A stretch of 58,935 nt of DNA, counting the filler, from Catajapyx aquilonaris (Eukaryota), in the NCBI GenBank assembly GCA_000934665.2. It is 4 parts of 4 records of this genome, joined end to end, with 100 filler letters (N's around TTAATTAATTAA, not from the genome) between each part and the next. Parts side by side here need not be neighbours in the genome. Positions count along the whole stretch, not along the records: positions 1 to 15,332 come from JYFJ02007784.1; positions 15,433 to 29,833 come from JYFJ02007785.1; 2 more parts are not named here. One strand, 5' to 3'. The first letter of the stretch is position 1. The number at the start of each line of letters is the position of its first letter. Below are positions 12,659-26,247 of this stretch, one piece after another. The notes under the pieces were generated by a model. The model was not told where the DNA came from, searched no databases, and saw only the letters and a program-made list of their open reading frames with translations. Made by a program: the position numbers and the translations under genes.

Positions 12659-14249
12659 CTCGGCCAGAACTCCTCCTTTGACCCTAACCTTCGCTAGGGA
12701 CTGTGCTGCTGCGACCGTGGGCGGCCCTCCCACGCCTGAAATAGACAGCCCCTCCGACCATTAATATTTCAGGTGCACCAAGTGCGACGTGAGAGTGCGA
12801 CACAAGAAGACACTTGCTTTTGCGCCGATTTGAAGAATTAAAGTCGCACGCAGCCTAATCCCTGTTCTGACATTGAAACAAAACTTGCGTATTTAGAGGA
12901 CCTAAACTAGGATAAAAAATAATGTCACTGCTGTAAAAATGATGGGAATAATTAGCATTATTAGTGAAGGACCAAAGAACCATTGATTGTAACCACTACC
13001 TGTGCAATGCATGGCGCATTTTTTTTCTTTTTCGAATTAGAAAATAATGACATTCTTCTGATGCTCACGCATGAAGTTAATAAGGCAATCATCCTAGCCT
13101 AGTTTTTGATACATTGTAGATTCCTAACTATTTGGATTGCATTAAAGCAATATTAAACACCCAATCCTTCACATTGCATACATCAATGTCCGTAATATTT
13201 TTCATCTTTTTCGTTTATGTCCTGTCGTCATTTTTTAAATGGACCTCGGTTTGGAGGTTTTCCATTAATCATTATTATTATTAACTGCTCCTGCAATGAT
13301 GACCTGAATGGTTTGGGTTTTTAGACCTGGATGCCCCTCATCTCCTCAGCTGTACATGGCAAGTGAAGGCTGGTGACATCCTCTTCCAAAGCCAAGTGAA
13401 GTCATATTATGCGGTGCGCTATTTTTCAACAAATGCAAAACATCACAAAGTTTCAAGAAGTTCAGACAAACCCATGTCACATCTGGTTCATAGCTATGCA
13501 TATTTACTGATCTAAAATCCCTTGGTGGACCACAAAATAATGAGGTTTTTCATGCCACTTACTGCTTACTGGGAATCCCAGGATGTACTTCTTTCCCTAC
13601 AAAATTTTAAAGAATTCAATTGAAAATAACAAGGAATGCTTTATTGACAAAATTGACGTCCACAGATTACAATGTCCAAAAATAAATATCCCTGCATATG
13701 TCTGTACAATATCACTGGACCATGAAAACCTAAAGCTTTAAAATCCATAATGCCAAAAGTATACACGAACTTATTAACTAGACTGTACACACATGAAATC
13801 ACTGCTCTCAATTTTTTTGTCAAAATAGATTTGAACCTCTCTACAGCTGAGTCTCTCCATACCAAATGTTCTGCACCATTAACATGTTTCCAATTATGAA
13901 TCAGTTCATCCAAAATCCCCGACCACGATCAAATTAAAATTATGTAATGGACATGTTTCAGCTGCATTCGAGGGCCATTACAGAGAGGTTTCACTGCATA
14001 TAAATCATGCATTTCTAGGTTTGAATCATTCCTCAAAAGTAATTTTTGAAACAATATCAATGCCACCACATTCTAAGGTGAGTGACACTATAATGTGGAA
14101 CTAAACTAAACATCACACAACCTATTTCATTAATAATTATTGCGCATGTTCATTTTTAATTACCTAGCTCAGCCGCCAAGGTATTAATAATAATTATTTC
14201 TGCTTCTGCATCGTTTTTGACTATCCAGCAGAAACAATAAAACTGGTGC

Positions 14250-14952
14250 TTAGTTAGTGACTGAAGTTCCAAGTGCCCTCATCAAATGATAGCACTCTTG
14301 AAGCTTCTTCTTGTCGCCAATGGCCTCAAGTGTTTTTGCAGCTTCAGCCAGCATGCCTGCTCTCTCCCCTGGAGATGACAGCAGTGGGGAAGGCAGATGT
14401 CGGCAGGCCAGATATAAAGCAGTCGCATGCTCCCTCTCACCACCACCCACTTCTTGCCACTTGTCTGAAACAATACAAATCAATACATACAGTACATTGT
14501 GACATCCAAAGTGACAAAATAATGTTAAATGACATGTGCTCAAGACTACTGGTACACTGGACAGCAGGATGCAAACTAACCTTTTCCACAAATGATGGAT
14601 GTCTTGGTATGCCTATGCCTCAGAGATCGATCCAGCAGTTGCTGGGTTTTCCCTGGAGAAGCTCCAGCCATCATCCGCACAGCAGCCTCATGCAAGAATG
14701 CCCTCGGCAGAGCCCACTGCAAATACAAATTTGTCAACACTTTGCATTGGGTAATGTTGTACACATTGTACAGAAACGTACAGGCAGGAACTGTGTTAGT
14801 GTCCTGAGGTGTTGCAGGTCTTCTTGGTAACTCTCAAGGGTAGAGGAACTAGACACCAGGGCTTTAGACATAGAGTCGCCATCAGACATGCAGTCTTCCC
14901 ACAGGGCGGTGCGTGTCTCTAGCAGCCAGTCACACACCAGCAGCTGAGTTGC
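14250..14952 (-). CDS. SREBP: Sterol regulatory element-binding protein, last three coding exons (5' part truncated by contig end)
   Basis: Exons 14952-14782, 14716-14581, 14464-14250: [59 protein letters not shown]...[27 protein letters not shown]...GTSVTN*. Likely polyA signal near 13640. Confidence 0.95.
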
Positions 14953-15332
14953 CTGGAAAAAAAGCACGATCTACCTGAATCACTGGCAACACATTTTTTT
15001 TACAAAATGTACAAAATTTATAGCAGGATTCTAGTGTGCAGGAAAGACCAGAAAACCCAACTTTAAAATAGTCCTATATCCTGAACTGCAAACACCAGGT
15101 ACACTTGGGGTACATTTATACTCTTTCAAATGTAAGCAATAAACATAATTAAAAAATAAACAAATGACAATTATTTCCTTCATCATCAATATCTAAAAAG
15201 ATGATTTAATTATTTTAGTAACTAATATGGTGTCCAAAATGGGGAACTAGCCTTCATTTTGGAAACTACATAATAAATTCGCCCATATTTTTTGGATTTT
15301 TTTGGCATATTCCGTTTTAAGATATCAGTTCC

Positions 15333-15432
15333 NNNNNNNNNNNNNNNNNNNNNNNNNNNNNNNNNNNNNNNNNNNNTTAATTAATTAANNNNNNNNNNNN
15401 NNNNNNNNNNNNNNNNNNNNNNNNNNNNNNNN
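15333..15432. other. Artificial contig spacer
   Basis: 44N + TTAATTAATTAA (stops in all six frames) + 44N. Confidence 0.95.
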
Positions 15433-16254
15433 AGCTCCATTATCATGACAAGTCATTGCACTAGTACTCAAGTCTTGCATGAGTTTCTGTCGTTTGTTGT
15501 GGCGCTCGAACCGTGCGTTTTCATGTAATTGTGCAGTAGGCTTCAGCTGGTGTACACCATGCATATTGATTGAAGGGGAATATGCAGGATGCAGGGGATT
15601 GTTGCTGTTTTCTCCACCCACAAAGTGGGTGCTGCAGATGAAGTGGTTCTTGGTTGGGGTCCATTTGGAGCCATCTTCACTACAATTAATGAGAATATAA
15701 TTGAGATTACAATGTCATAGGATATGCTTTACATGCAGCACGTACAACAACATATTGTTCAATAATAAATGCAATACATGAACTTGAAACCATCACATGT
15801 ACAAAAATGTCAGCGTTACGGCGACCCGACCATAAAGGCCCCGCGCCAATCACATGTACAGTTTACATTTAGTTACCATGGTGGCTCTAATTAAGTGACA
15901 TGAGAAATATATTATTCAGGACTTACTTCACGCGTTTAACAGCTTGGATCCAGGCTTCGCGGCGAGCTGAGTGCTTGATAGCATGGGGAAAACTGTAAAA
16001 CCGCGTTCCTTCTGGGCAGTTTTTATATTTGTAATTGCATCCAAACACGCAACAACCAACGTTAGACTTGGTGGGCAAGGGTGAAGACATGGCAGTACCT
16101 TGGGGCGGCCTCTGATCACTGCGGTATAGTGGTGTCAAGAGCTACCTACACTAGTGAAAAGGGCGGATCGGCACTGAAGCGGGAAAAACTAGCCCAAACG
16201 TTTACGCCCGATCCGCCGCCAGGAGGCAGTGCAAGCCATCTCCACGCGGTCCCT
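15433..16254 (-). mobile_element. 5' end of a THAP-domain DNA transposon (ISL2EU/Harbinger- or P-like), truncated by the gap
   Basis: Spliced ORF: exon 16090-15927 (MSSPLPTKSNVGCCVFGC...FYSFPH...RREAWIQAVKRV) plus exon 15679-15433 (NEDGSKWTPTKNHFICSTHFVGGENSNNPLHPAYSPSI) gives a complete C2CH THAP domain. Candidate terminus AT|AGGGACC at 16254. Confidence 0.8.
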
Positions 16255-16255
16255 A

Positions 16256-16837
16256 TAACCTAGATTGTAAAATAAAAATGCTAAAAAATTCGCATTATTG
16301 TTCAAAACGGACACATTTCATATGGGCCAATGTCATTGTTAAACACACGCTAAGCGTGTGGAATTAATATGGTAGGTATACATTGTCATCTGATCATTAC
16401 TATACTGTCGAAGGACAACATCACAGGTCAAGCAGTCTTGGAAATAAGACTTCTGAAATGTCTGTTTTCCACTAATTTGGTCATCTTTGTGGTCATTTTT
16501 CTCAATGTGGGGCTGGGTTTAAGTTACCAGAAGCGTCTTTTCATACATAACATAGCGGTATAAGAACTGTTCACTTACCATAAATGGTTCACTCGCAACA
16601 TTAAATAACGTGGAGTAGCCTATAGAGGGCTTTTCCGGACATTTCATGATTTATTATGTCCAAGTCTGATTGACCTTGATGTTGCCCTCCAGTAGTAATG
16701 ATCAGATGACAATGTACCTACCATATTAATTCCACACACTTAGCATGTGTTTAACAATGACATTGGACCATATGAAATGTGTCCGTTTTGCACAATAATG
16801 CGATTTTTTTAGCATTTTTATTTTACAATCTAGGTTA
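16256..16837. mobile_element. Fold-back MITE with ~145-bp TIRs
   Basis: 16256-16401 is near-identical to the reverse complement of 16694-16837. Confidence 0.85.
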
Positions 16838-18547
16838 AACACATTGCCACAAAATGTTCCTCATCTCACAACAGTTCATTTGATATAATATGAACATGAG
16901 GGTACAACAATATAACTTTACCTGAAATAAATGGACCTTCCGGCTCCATTGTTTCTGAAAGACGTTGCCATATCTCCTTGGGATTTTCACCTGGGAGGCT
17001 CTTAACTTTATTTTTGGCAGCACTTCAATGATTTTTATGTATCAAATTATGAGATGGTCGAGCCACCAACTTGTCTGTCTTGACATGGAATGACCCAACT
17101 ATTATTATTATTTTGCTGCAATTGATTACTACTTTGCACATCATCATTATCAGGATCGAACTCTGAATCTTAGGTACTCTCATCCACATCGGTGTCATCA
17201 GGCAAAAGCTCACTATTTAAGCCCGACTCGTGAGACACAGCTGCTCGCAGCTGCAACCTACGCGCTGCCATATTTGAAGATGGAGGGTTAGGGCGGTTTT
17301 GCTGCAGAAAAGGCATTCATAACCTTGCAGCAATAAAAACATCGTTTGATTTCTCACCGACAAATGGCAGGAACTGGACAATCTCAGTGTACTTTATTAG
17401 ATATTTGAGTGTAGTATATGGAAGTGCGCGAAACTCAATTTGTGTCATTTGGTGGGTTAGGGCAGTATTGCACCGACCCCTTCAATTGTACAAATTGGGT
17501 TGGGTGTGGGACCTGGGTCAGCTGCCCCGCTCACCCCCCTCCCCTCACATGCCAGCCCTGGGTATCATTCATGTGGTAATTTCCAAAGTAGTACATCTTT
17601 GTAAAAGTGTTAACCCCACACTTGTCTCTTTGGTGACTACAAGTCTGATTAGGACCTGACGTCATCTGCAACTGAGGAAAGTGACACCTAGACATGAAGG
17701 AAGTAGAAGTAGGCAGGTGAGACAATCTGGAGGGAAATACTTCAATGAATTACTGGTGTGGACTTGTTGTGTATCTGCATTTGCAGTAACTTATATGAGT
17801 GTAACATATTTACACAGCTGTTCTACTAAGGAAATCACACCTAATGACTCATGGTGATGCTGCATCTGCCCAAGCCTTCTCACACTCTGAGTTGTCATGG
17901 TGAGCAATCCAGAGGCACCGTAAAGTGGGGTGACTTCAGACACCTGGGGTGAAATCAGATGCTTACACTTTTCTTTGCTTGGGTCACTGTGAACACTTAT
18001 TGGGAGTCCAAAAAAGGTGTTTGTCAAGGACGTTAGACAGTGTGTGTTCAAGAGCTTCAGAGTACAACATGAGCAAGCCAGATGCACATTGAGAGTACTT
18101 CTTATACACGTTCTTTCCCCAACTCAAATATGACGTACGGGCAATTCCACGTGAACGTGATCACCTTTTGCACGAAAAAATTTGCCCATCGATGTGTGAG
18201 AGATATGATTAGGTCCAGGTCACGTTCGGACCTTTCCCACTAGGATTTGGTCAGCTGATGCGTGGTTGCCTATCTACAGGCGCTAATTGCACTTGGATCA
18301 CAGTTAGAGGCGCCCCCCTATTACAGTTACATGACAACGTAAATGCATGATGTAATACATGTTTCATGTGTGAAATTGTCTCCTCTTTCCGACAAAAATA
18401 GTCACTTTCCTATAGCTGTACAAATTCATGTCACAAATCGACATTTTTGCAAACAAATGACATTTTCAAGAAAAAAATGGTACCTTCTGTACTTTTGTGG
18501 GGTGACTTTGGACGTGGGTAGGAAGTACATCAGAGTTGTAGGGGGAG

Positions 18548-18800
18548 GCCATGGTCATAGAATACTTAGGTATGGACACTCCCACCTACCCCCTGCCGGG
18601 GCGTTTTGCATGAGGTGCTCACCTGAGAGCGCCATGAGACCTTTCACAGAGCAATCATATGGCGACCCTACCAGACTACGCTGAACAGGTACAAAAGGGA
18701 AGCACTACTACATGCGGACCCAACAATGCCGCCGGTGACCATGCTGGGTCCCCAATGTAGGGCTTCCCTTTTGTACCTATAAAGTTCAGCGTAGTCCGGC
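18548..18800. repeat. Dispersed repeat with central hairpin; inverted copy at 44444-44592
   Basis: GTACAAAAGGGAAG...CTTCCCTTTTGTAC hairpin at ~18689-18776; flank matches the reverse complement of 44444-44592. Confidence 0.65.
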
Positions 18801-19869
18801 CTCATACGCCTCATATATAGGCCTCATACGGGAAAGAATATAACACACATAATGCAGGATATCAGGGCTCCTTTTGGTAAGGTGCCAACCGAGAAGAAGT
18901 AACTTGAACAAGTGGGAGAAAAAGCATTCAGCATGGGAAATGTGAAAGACGGGAAGCGTGAAAGACACTTCCCTTGCTAAATGCTTTTTATGGGTGTTGT
19001 TGGGGGTCCTCAGATGTCTCCCCTCATCAAACAGTTCCGTCAGTGTCCAGAAGATGTTACACCAGCATTTCTGACACATTTTCCATGCACAGATTTGTTT
19101 TGCAGGCAAAAAAAAAAAAAAACTGGTGTCCTGGGACTTTTCGCCCACCCTGTATATATTTAGCTAATATTTTGAAAACCCTTTAAATTTTTTTTTGGCT
19201 AAAACACCTTTTTTTTGTACCTATGGTGTGGTGAATAGTGACGTGGTTCAAATTTTAATGTGTCGGTACCCAACCTTGGCCGTGATAGACCACACACGGT
19301 AATTCTAAGTACCACCATATCTATGCAGTTCCAAAATTATTCCCTAAAATTGTCTTCAAGCCCACATTCAAGGTGCAGTCAAGGTGAGTTTGGGATTCAT
19401 TCAAGAACGTTCAAGACTGTAAATGGTATGAAACCCTTGATTTTTGCTAGTGCAGGCCTTTTCCCATCCTTCTTGAACAAATTTCAGTTATACAGTAACA
19501 GCACATAAAATTCCAATAAAAGTGTCCCTATTCAATCCGTTTTACGTACTATTATCTTGCATTTGAGAACCTGGCTTCCTCTGCAGAACATTGTAAATTG
19601 TTTGACATTTTCAGAATACCCCACATTCAAATAAGCAGCTGCTGCGCGCATTATTGTACTCCCTCTCACGGTACTGAGCCTGGTCCACAGGCTGGTCTAG
19701 GCAGCCGGTAGCTTGTGCAAGAGCAAGAAATATAGAGTAGTTCTAACTCTATATTTCTTGGTGCGAGGGCACGTCTTCTCGGTCCGTCGTCGTTTTGAAC
19801 GTAGAAGCCCCGCGCTGCGCTTGGCGCGCTCTGGCCCGCTCCTTCCCAACCGTTCCCAACCTTTTTTTC

Positions 19870-20000
19870 GCATCTGAACCTTCGACCATGTAGCCCACGA
19901 TGTAGCGAAGATCTGAACGATCTGAACCATGATCTGAACAGTCCATGATGCATGATCTGAACCACATCTGAACCATATAATTATATGATCTGAACGCATC
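19870..20000. repeat. Cluster of (G)ATCTGAAC short repeats (TE subterminal-type)
   Basis: About 7 copies of ATCTGAAC within ~130 bp. Confidence 0.65.
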
Positions 20001-20763
20001 CATCACCGTGGCATCCATATGAGCAAAGCTTTCAGCTTCACTTTTACCGGTAGAGAGTTCTCAGGAAGATGTTTTTAGATCGCAGGTAGCATAATATTTT
20101 ATGCATTTGAAATATTCCGAAATATGCATACTTTAATCTTGGAACGTGGTTTCGCAGTAACCCCCCGCCTGGCGCCTATATTGAGTGCTTATTGGTCAAT
20201 GGAAACGTGTGGGACCCATTACGATTTTCGGGAAACTATGGGTTTACAAGCGATTCTCATATTACCATTCTAACGGTTCTAACTGCGATTGCTCTTATGA
20301 GGATACCTGATCGATTACACCCGACATGTAAAATAACAGAAAATTTGCACGACCAAAAAGTGTCATTCAATTCAACCGCAGCTTGTGTACTACTTGAATA
20401 CGGTAGTTCTCTGATATTAACATTTTTGTTTAATATTTAATTACAGACAGTTGAGCAATTTCAGGCATTCTCATATTGGCCATTTCCAGTAAGGTGACAA
20501 GAAGCGTGTAGCTCTCAGAGACACGCACTGGCAAGGTAAACCAAGGTCTGAGGTAAACCGCCCTGAAGTATGTGCTTAAGCTATTTGGTGAATCGCACTG
20601 TTCCTCAGAGCCCAGTGCCGAGTAGCAGCTCTTGATCCCTGCGATGCGAATTTTGTCCTGCTGCTTCATCAGCCTGCATCAGCTGCGAACTGGGATCTGG
20701 GAAGGGAAGCAAGAGAGTTCGTGTCCGTCGCCCTCTTCGAATTTGTTCAAGGGGGAAAGAGAG

Positions 20764-22571
20764 ATGCTGGGTCTGCAAGGCACGATCCTGAGGGCCACGC
20801 AGGCCGCCTGCAGGGCCACGGTCCCGGTGAGGGGAACAGCAATCGCCGGCCCACCCAAACACAGGATTGCCTTCATGGTGAGGGGGTTTGTCTGGTGTTG
20901 CACTGGGGGCCTAGCCATTCGGCGGGGAACAACATGCCAAGTAGAATACGGTGTAAGGGCAAAGCCTTAAGTGGTGTTTACTAAAAACATGTGAGCGATT
21001 TGATCGACGAGCGATAACAACACTGAGTAACCAGTATTGTTGGAAGCGAAAATCAATAGCCTAGTTACTTTCACCTCAAACAATATTGGTTACTTAATTT
21101 AGACGTACTGTGAGGCGTTAAGGTGCGTTTACATGTGAGCGATTTCTTCAAATCGCTCGCATGTAAACGCACCTTAACGCCTCAGTATGACCAAATCGAA
21201 GAAAGGCGAACAAATATTAACAAAAACTACCTAATAGGAACGAAAGCAGATTTTCAGAGGTGGTTTTTGCCCAGCAATTCAAATCTTTTCCTAAAAATTC
21301 AAAATGGCGGATGTGTTAACCTAAAACAGTCTAAACTGCTCACTTTCAACATAAAATTGGGATTTGGGGGGTTTCTCTGGTTGCTGAATTCAAATCTGTT
21401 GTTAAAAATGGCTGATCCAATATGGCGGCATGTTAACCTAAAAGTGCTCTCTTTGAATCGAACATTGCGAATGTGAGGTATTGACCAAGGGTTTTTCTGG
21501 CTTCTGAATTCAAATCTGCTGACTATCCAACTAATTCAAGTATTTATTGTATTTGGTTGCCTTTTCACAAATCAGGCCCACTGGGGCCCTGGAGGTCCCG
21601 GGACCGTGGCCAGCCCCGCTGATGGCCCTCTCTTTTCCCACATGCCACCTTAAAGAGGCGAGCTTTTGTCGAGTTGCAGCCCATTATAGCTGCCCATTTC
21701 TTGTCATTTGCAATTAGATGCTTTAGACTAATGCTTATCGTTGGAAGGAAGGTGTGGAGTGGTGAGGATTTTATAATACTGGTCGTTGAATTGAGGAAAC
21801 AAGGTTCGAAACAGAGGGTTTGTGAAAAGTGTCCTCCATCACTTCTATATTTTGATAAGAGCAAAAACATTCCCCTCAGTGAAAAAAGGGTAGTAAGACC
21901 TCCGTGGCGGAATGAAAGTACTGAAACAAGGCAGGCGCACGTAAGACCTTTGCCGATTGATTTAAGATGTACCATAGCTGGTGTCTGATGTATTGGCAAA
22001 GACACAATTTTTTAGCGTCCATTGGCCTGTAGCACCACTAAACGGACAGTGTTTGTGGACTGCAGTTCATGTGGGCCTAACAAGGTCATGTCACAATCCT
22101 CACATGCACAGAACATTGTTCTTGCAGGAGCCATTGAAATCCACACCAACAGACTCTTGTGTTTGTTGTGCCCCCTGAGATTGTTATTTGACGAAATAAC
22201 TACAGGAAGGTGAGAGGTGGCTACCATAGGCTTTTACAACACCTTCATGTATGCTGCATATAATTATGGTAATTTTTTCTTACATGGGTACAACATAAAG
22301 GAAGGATTTGAAATTTTCTTGCAGATTGTCAAGTGGTGTTTTTTTTAGGGAAAGAGTGCTTCTGATAGTAGTACATGAGTGAAAGATCAATTTGGTAATT
22401 CCTATTTGTGACTATGTAGGTAAGAGCCTAAGCAATGGTTCCGAGGTTTAACGCAAACTTCTTGGATTGTTTCAGGAGAAGCTGGTTTTAGGTGCTGTGA
22501 CCATAGGTGGCATCTGTATGGTTCCTGCCTGGGTCCTAGTTCACCTAAAGGAATACAAGGGTCAAGAGTAG
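20764..22571 (+). CDS. COX8: Cytochrome c oxidase subunit 8 precursor, 69 aa
   Basis: Exon 20764-20877 (MLGLQGTILRATQAACRATVPVRGTAIAGPPKHRIAFM|GTGAGG) plus exon 22476-22571 (TTTCAG|EKLVLGAVTIGGICMVPAWVLVHLKEYKGQE*). Arg-rich presequence and the GPP..RI...EK...PAWVL.H...YK signature of insect COX8. Confidence 0.9.
21111..21184. mobile_element. Tiny palindromic element (Harbinger/Tourist-like ends) in COX8 intron
   Basis: TGAGGCGTTAAGGTGCGTTTACATG...CATGTAAACGCACCTTAACGCCTCA, near-perfect hairpin. Confidence 0.65.
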
Positions 22572-24505
22572 GATGAGAGGAAACTAACATTTCCTCAAAA
22601 TGCAGGTGAGGTATTTTTGATTTGTGATAGTAACATGCGGAAAGGTCACCACACATATTTTTGTGAAACTCCTGCAGCAAGTAAATCAGGAGCCAGGAAT
22701 GCATTAGGGAAGGCCCTGCATTACATTTTACACCCTTTGAGTAAAAACCAACAGGCCATTTTTATTTCAAACTTATAACCCTATTTTTTATGAACTTCTT
22801 GAGGTGTGATATATTATGTCATGTATTCTAGCTTGTTCAAGAATTGTCAATAAATTCAGGACTTATGTGGTGTTGCAGGGCCTTCATAGGTTGGGGAATC
22901 CTTAATGTTCCAGTCCATTTTAATAGAGAACTGACATCGTAGAATGCACTTCTGGAACCTCCTACATTTATTAATTGATGGCATATACACGGAAATTTGA
23001 AAAGTACAGTGTTTACTTTTGTTGTGTGAGCACATGTCCCTGTAAATTTAAAAGTGGTAAGTTCCTTGAGTAGAGTACGTTCTCAGATGTCCCTTGAGTC
23101 GACCTGCTTGTATCTTTTCCTAATACAAGGCAGTCCTATAATATTGATGATAATAATTGGTGGGTGTTGTTCTTTTGCATGGGAACAGCTACTTGCAGCA
23201 AATAACTAAGGAATTTTCTTTAAAATAGGTGCTCTGCCCTTTTGCCTGATTCCCAGATGTGCCAATAGGACATTCTTAGGGCTTTTGCTAGATGGTAATT
23301 ACATTTCATCTCATTTAAGACAATTCCTTTGCACCGGAATTCTGAAGAAATTAAGGTGTGTAGCTGACACAACTTCAATCCCAAGAAATGTATTATTATT
23401 CATCTACTTCATTTGTTTAGCCAGGAAAGCCATAACATTTTTCATAAACTTCACAATTCAGCATCAGATTAAAGGTCATACAAGATGTAGTTTATGGCAC
23501 CTCTACAGTAGTGGACCTGCAATCCATCTTTATAGGACAAACTCATTCTTTCCTTTAATTGTTCCTGTCCTTGCAAAAATTATTTTTTCTTTTTGAGCTG
23601 GCCTCAATTCTGTAGTACAGCAGAAGGCTTAATTCAGTTTTACCACTTACACTTTTTCCAAATACACAACCTTAACCCCTGTCATGCCCATTGTCCTCTT
23701 GAGTCATTAACAGATTTTTGCTTGCTTTTTTGGGTCCTCGTTTACTTGCTATGGAAATTAATGAAAAATATGTGATGAACCACTGACTATCATTTTCCCG
23801 GTAGGCCTACTGTTACTGTTAAAATATAGTGCATTGTACTTCACTCTTAGCATGTAATGTAGCCAAAGTAGTACATGCTGCCATCATAGAGTGTTGCAGA
23901 GAACATACGGGCTTGTACAGTACCACTCATAAAGAATAGAACAACTCTATGCACAAATATTTATTCTGTTCCCAACCCCTGGGTCACCAGCATGTTTTTA
24001 GGGGTCATGAGGAAGGCTGGGAAAAGGCAGTTAAAATCAAGAAAAAAAGAAGAAAAAAACAAGGCAAAGTAAGAAAATTTAAGTGGGGAAATTCATCTCA
24101 AATCTATGTAAGCATTGTATCAGGTTGAACATTTTGGTAATAAAATTTTTTGGAAAAAGTCGGGAGGGGGTCATATGGGTCGCCAGAGATCTAGGACAAG
24201 TTGTCCATAGTGTTGCGACGAAATCAGGTTGGGAATAATGCTGGATAGTCAGAATAAACACGTCGTCCATAGAGTCGTTCCATTCTTTATGAGCGGGACT
24301 GTACCTTCTCAAGCAGCCATCGGGGGTGAAAGCCTACATGACTCAACCTGGCAACCTGCTTCCGTGAGTTAGAGTCATGCTTCGCGCTGCATGTGGGTTG
24401 CAAGGTAGTTTTTTCCAGCACTGTATTATGACGTGCAAAGAGATTGTTGCACTGTATCCGTGTGGAGTCCATGACTTATTGTTCTGCCAGGTGGTGGTGT
24501 TTATT

Positions 24506-24858
24506 ATTATTATTTTTTAAATAATAATAATCCGGGGTAGTGCTTGACCTCATCTGAGGTGTGCAGCACGGACCTTTATTTATTACATCAAGTACATTTT
24601 AGCCTTTTTTACGTAGCGCCCGGGCCCATGGGCAGGATGACAGGAGGGGATGTGCAAGGTGCAGTGCAACGTCTTATCCGTGGCCATTTTTAGTGAACTC
24701 CCCCGGGTGGTTTAGTCTGTGGAAATACCACCCGAGACGAAGCCAGAGGTGACCCTGAACTCTGCACGAGATGAGGGGGGTGTCCCTGGGTTGGGATCAA
24801 ACCCGGGACCTTAACATCCGCGGGCGCATACGTTACCGCAGCACTACTCCGCCTCCCC
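24506..24858 (-). mobile_element. tRNA-derived SINE, family A, copy 2
   Basis: Head and body homologous to 7010-7229; 14-bp TSD TGGTGGTGTTTATT (24492-24505, 24859-24872); AT-rich simple-repeat tail. Confidence 0.85.
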
Positions 24859-25032
24859 TGGTGGTGTTTATTTGGCAATATTCCAGAAGCTACACCACTT
24901 GACTCACTGGTCTGATGGCCTCATGGTCTGGGTCGCAGTTTGAGACTGCAGCCGCTTCTTCATGCAACTTATTCCAAGTTGATACAGTGTGTGCAATCTA
25001 TAAAACAACTGCAATAAATATAAGGTCTCTAT

Positions 25033-25260
25033 GGCGGCACGGTGGTGTAGTCTTCCACGTTTAAGGTCCCAAGTTCAATCCCCAGGTCGGACAGAGGATA
25101 GTGGATAGTTTCCGTGGGTTTTGTCTGTGTTCACATGGGTTTTCTTGGGACTCTCCCGTTTCCTCCCACAATCAAAACCCATCACAGCATAGGCTATGAT
25201 TAAAGTCGGCAAATGAAAAGATGATCCTCTAAAAGGCCCAAGGAGGCCTATCATGACGTA

Positions 25261-25319
<59 letters not shown>

Positions 25320-25320
25320 T
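25033..25320 (+). mobile_element. tRNA-derived SINE, family B, with (CAT)n tail
   Basis: GGCGGCACGGTGGTGTAGT A box, GTTCAATCCC B box, GGGTTTTC...CCCGTTTCCTCCCACA central motif, (CAT)n tail at 25262-25320. Confidence 0.75.
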
Positions 25321-26247
25321 GTTATTATTGGCTCGATTGCAAAACCTACATAACAGGCAGACTGTCATCAACAACACTGCAGTCATCAGAAACCAGTTTT
25401 TATAGACCATAAGAACTTCACATTTTGCCCCCTTCATTACAAAATTAGATGATAAATTTAAAGGAAACTTATAGTAGTTAACAAAAAAGTGTGCAGGCTT
25501 GTAGGACCAGGATATATACGTAGTTGATATGTATACAGGGTCAATGTAAAAGACCAAAAGAATTTCTCATTTTGCCCAATATATTGTAAAATTAGTCAAT
25601 AAATTTAAAGGAAATATCAAGTAGGAGTTGATGGAATTGTTTATTAAGTTTATTAGTCATCTAGAGACATGAAAGAGGTCATTCCGGTAGTTTTCTATGA
25701 AATGGTCATTAGTTATTCATCTAAATTGTGAATATTTAGTTGAATTGTTGAGTCTGTCTCACATTGTAGAATGTTATCAATAAATGTTCAGACTATTTTA
25801 CAGAGTGCAGTTGATTAGTTATTTATGCGCAATCATTTTCATGATATTAATGTCATATTCAGGAGTTTCCCTGTCTCAATGTATCCATATTGGTCCTTTC
25901 TGTGGCTGGGCTCCATCACTGCAACTCTGTTTTTTTCATATAGGTTTCCCCGTCATATCCCTGTGACCTTAGATTGGCATATCAGTAGTTAAGTGGATTG
26001 CCGCTTCGCTTTAGTTTCGGTGCTTGTTCCGTTCCTTTAGTTACTTGAACCAACAGACGACACACAGAGAATCTGGTGGTGGACCACGACGGACCAAGAC
26101 TCCCAATCCAGCAATTCAAATATAGTAGGCGTGGTCCATTCATTCCTTATTTGCACTGGGGCTTGTTCATATCCACGTACTCATCATCCGTTCTGAATAA
26201 TAGTCATCATTTTCGCTCCATTGTAGGGGTGTCGCTCCATACACTCC

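Noticed and set aside
15377..15388. Recurrent TTAATTAATTAA motif as a biological repeat
   Set aside because: Assembly linker centred in N runs
16915..17213. Acidic coding-like stretch on the minus strand
   Set aside because: Multiple stops and frameshifts; probably a decayed TE exon, family not assignable
20632..20970. GC-rich ORF that first looked like a non-LTR (R1/I-clade) RT thumb remnant
   Set aside because: Better explained as COX8 exon 1, with a donor at 20878 splicing in frame to 22476
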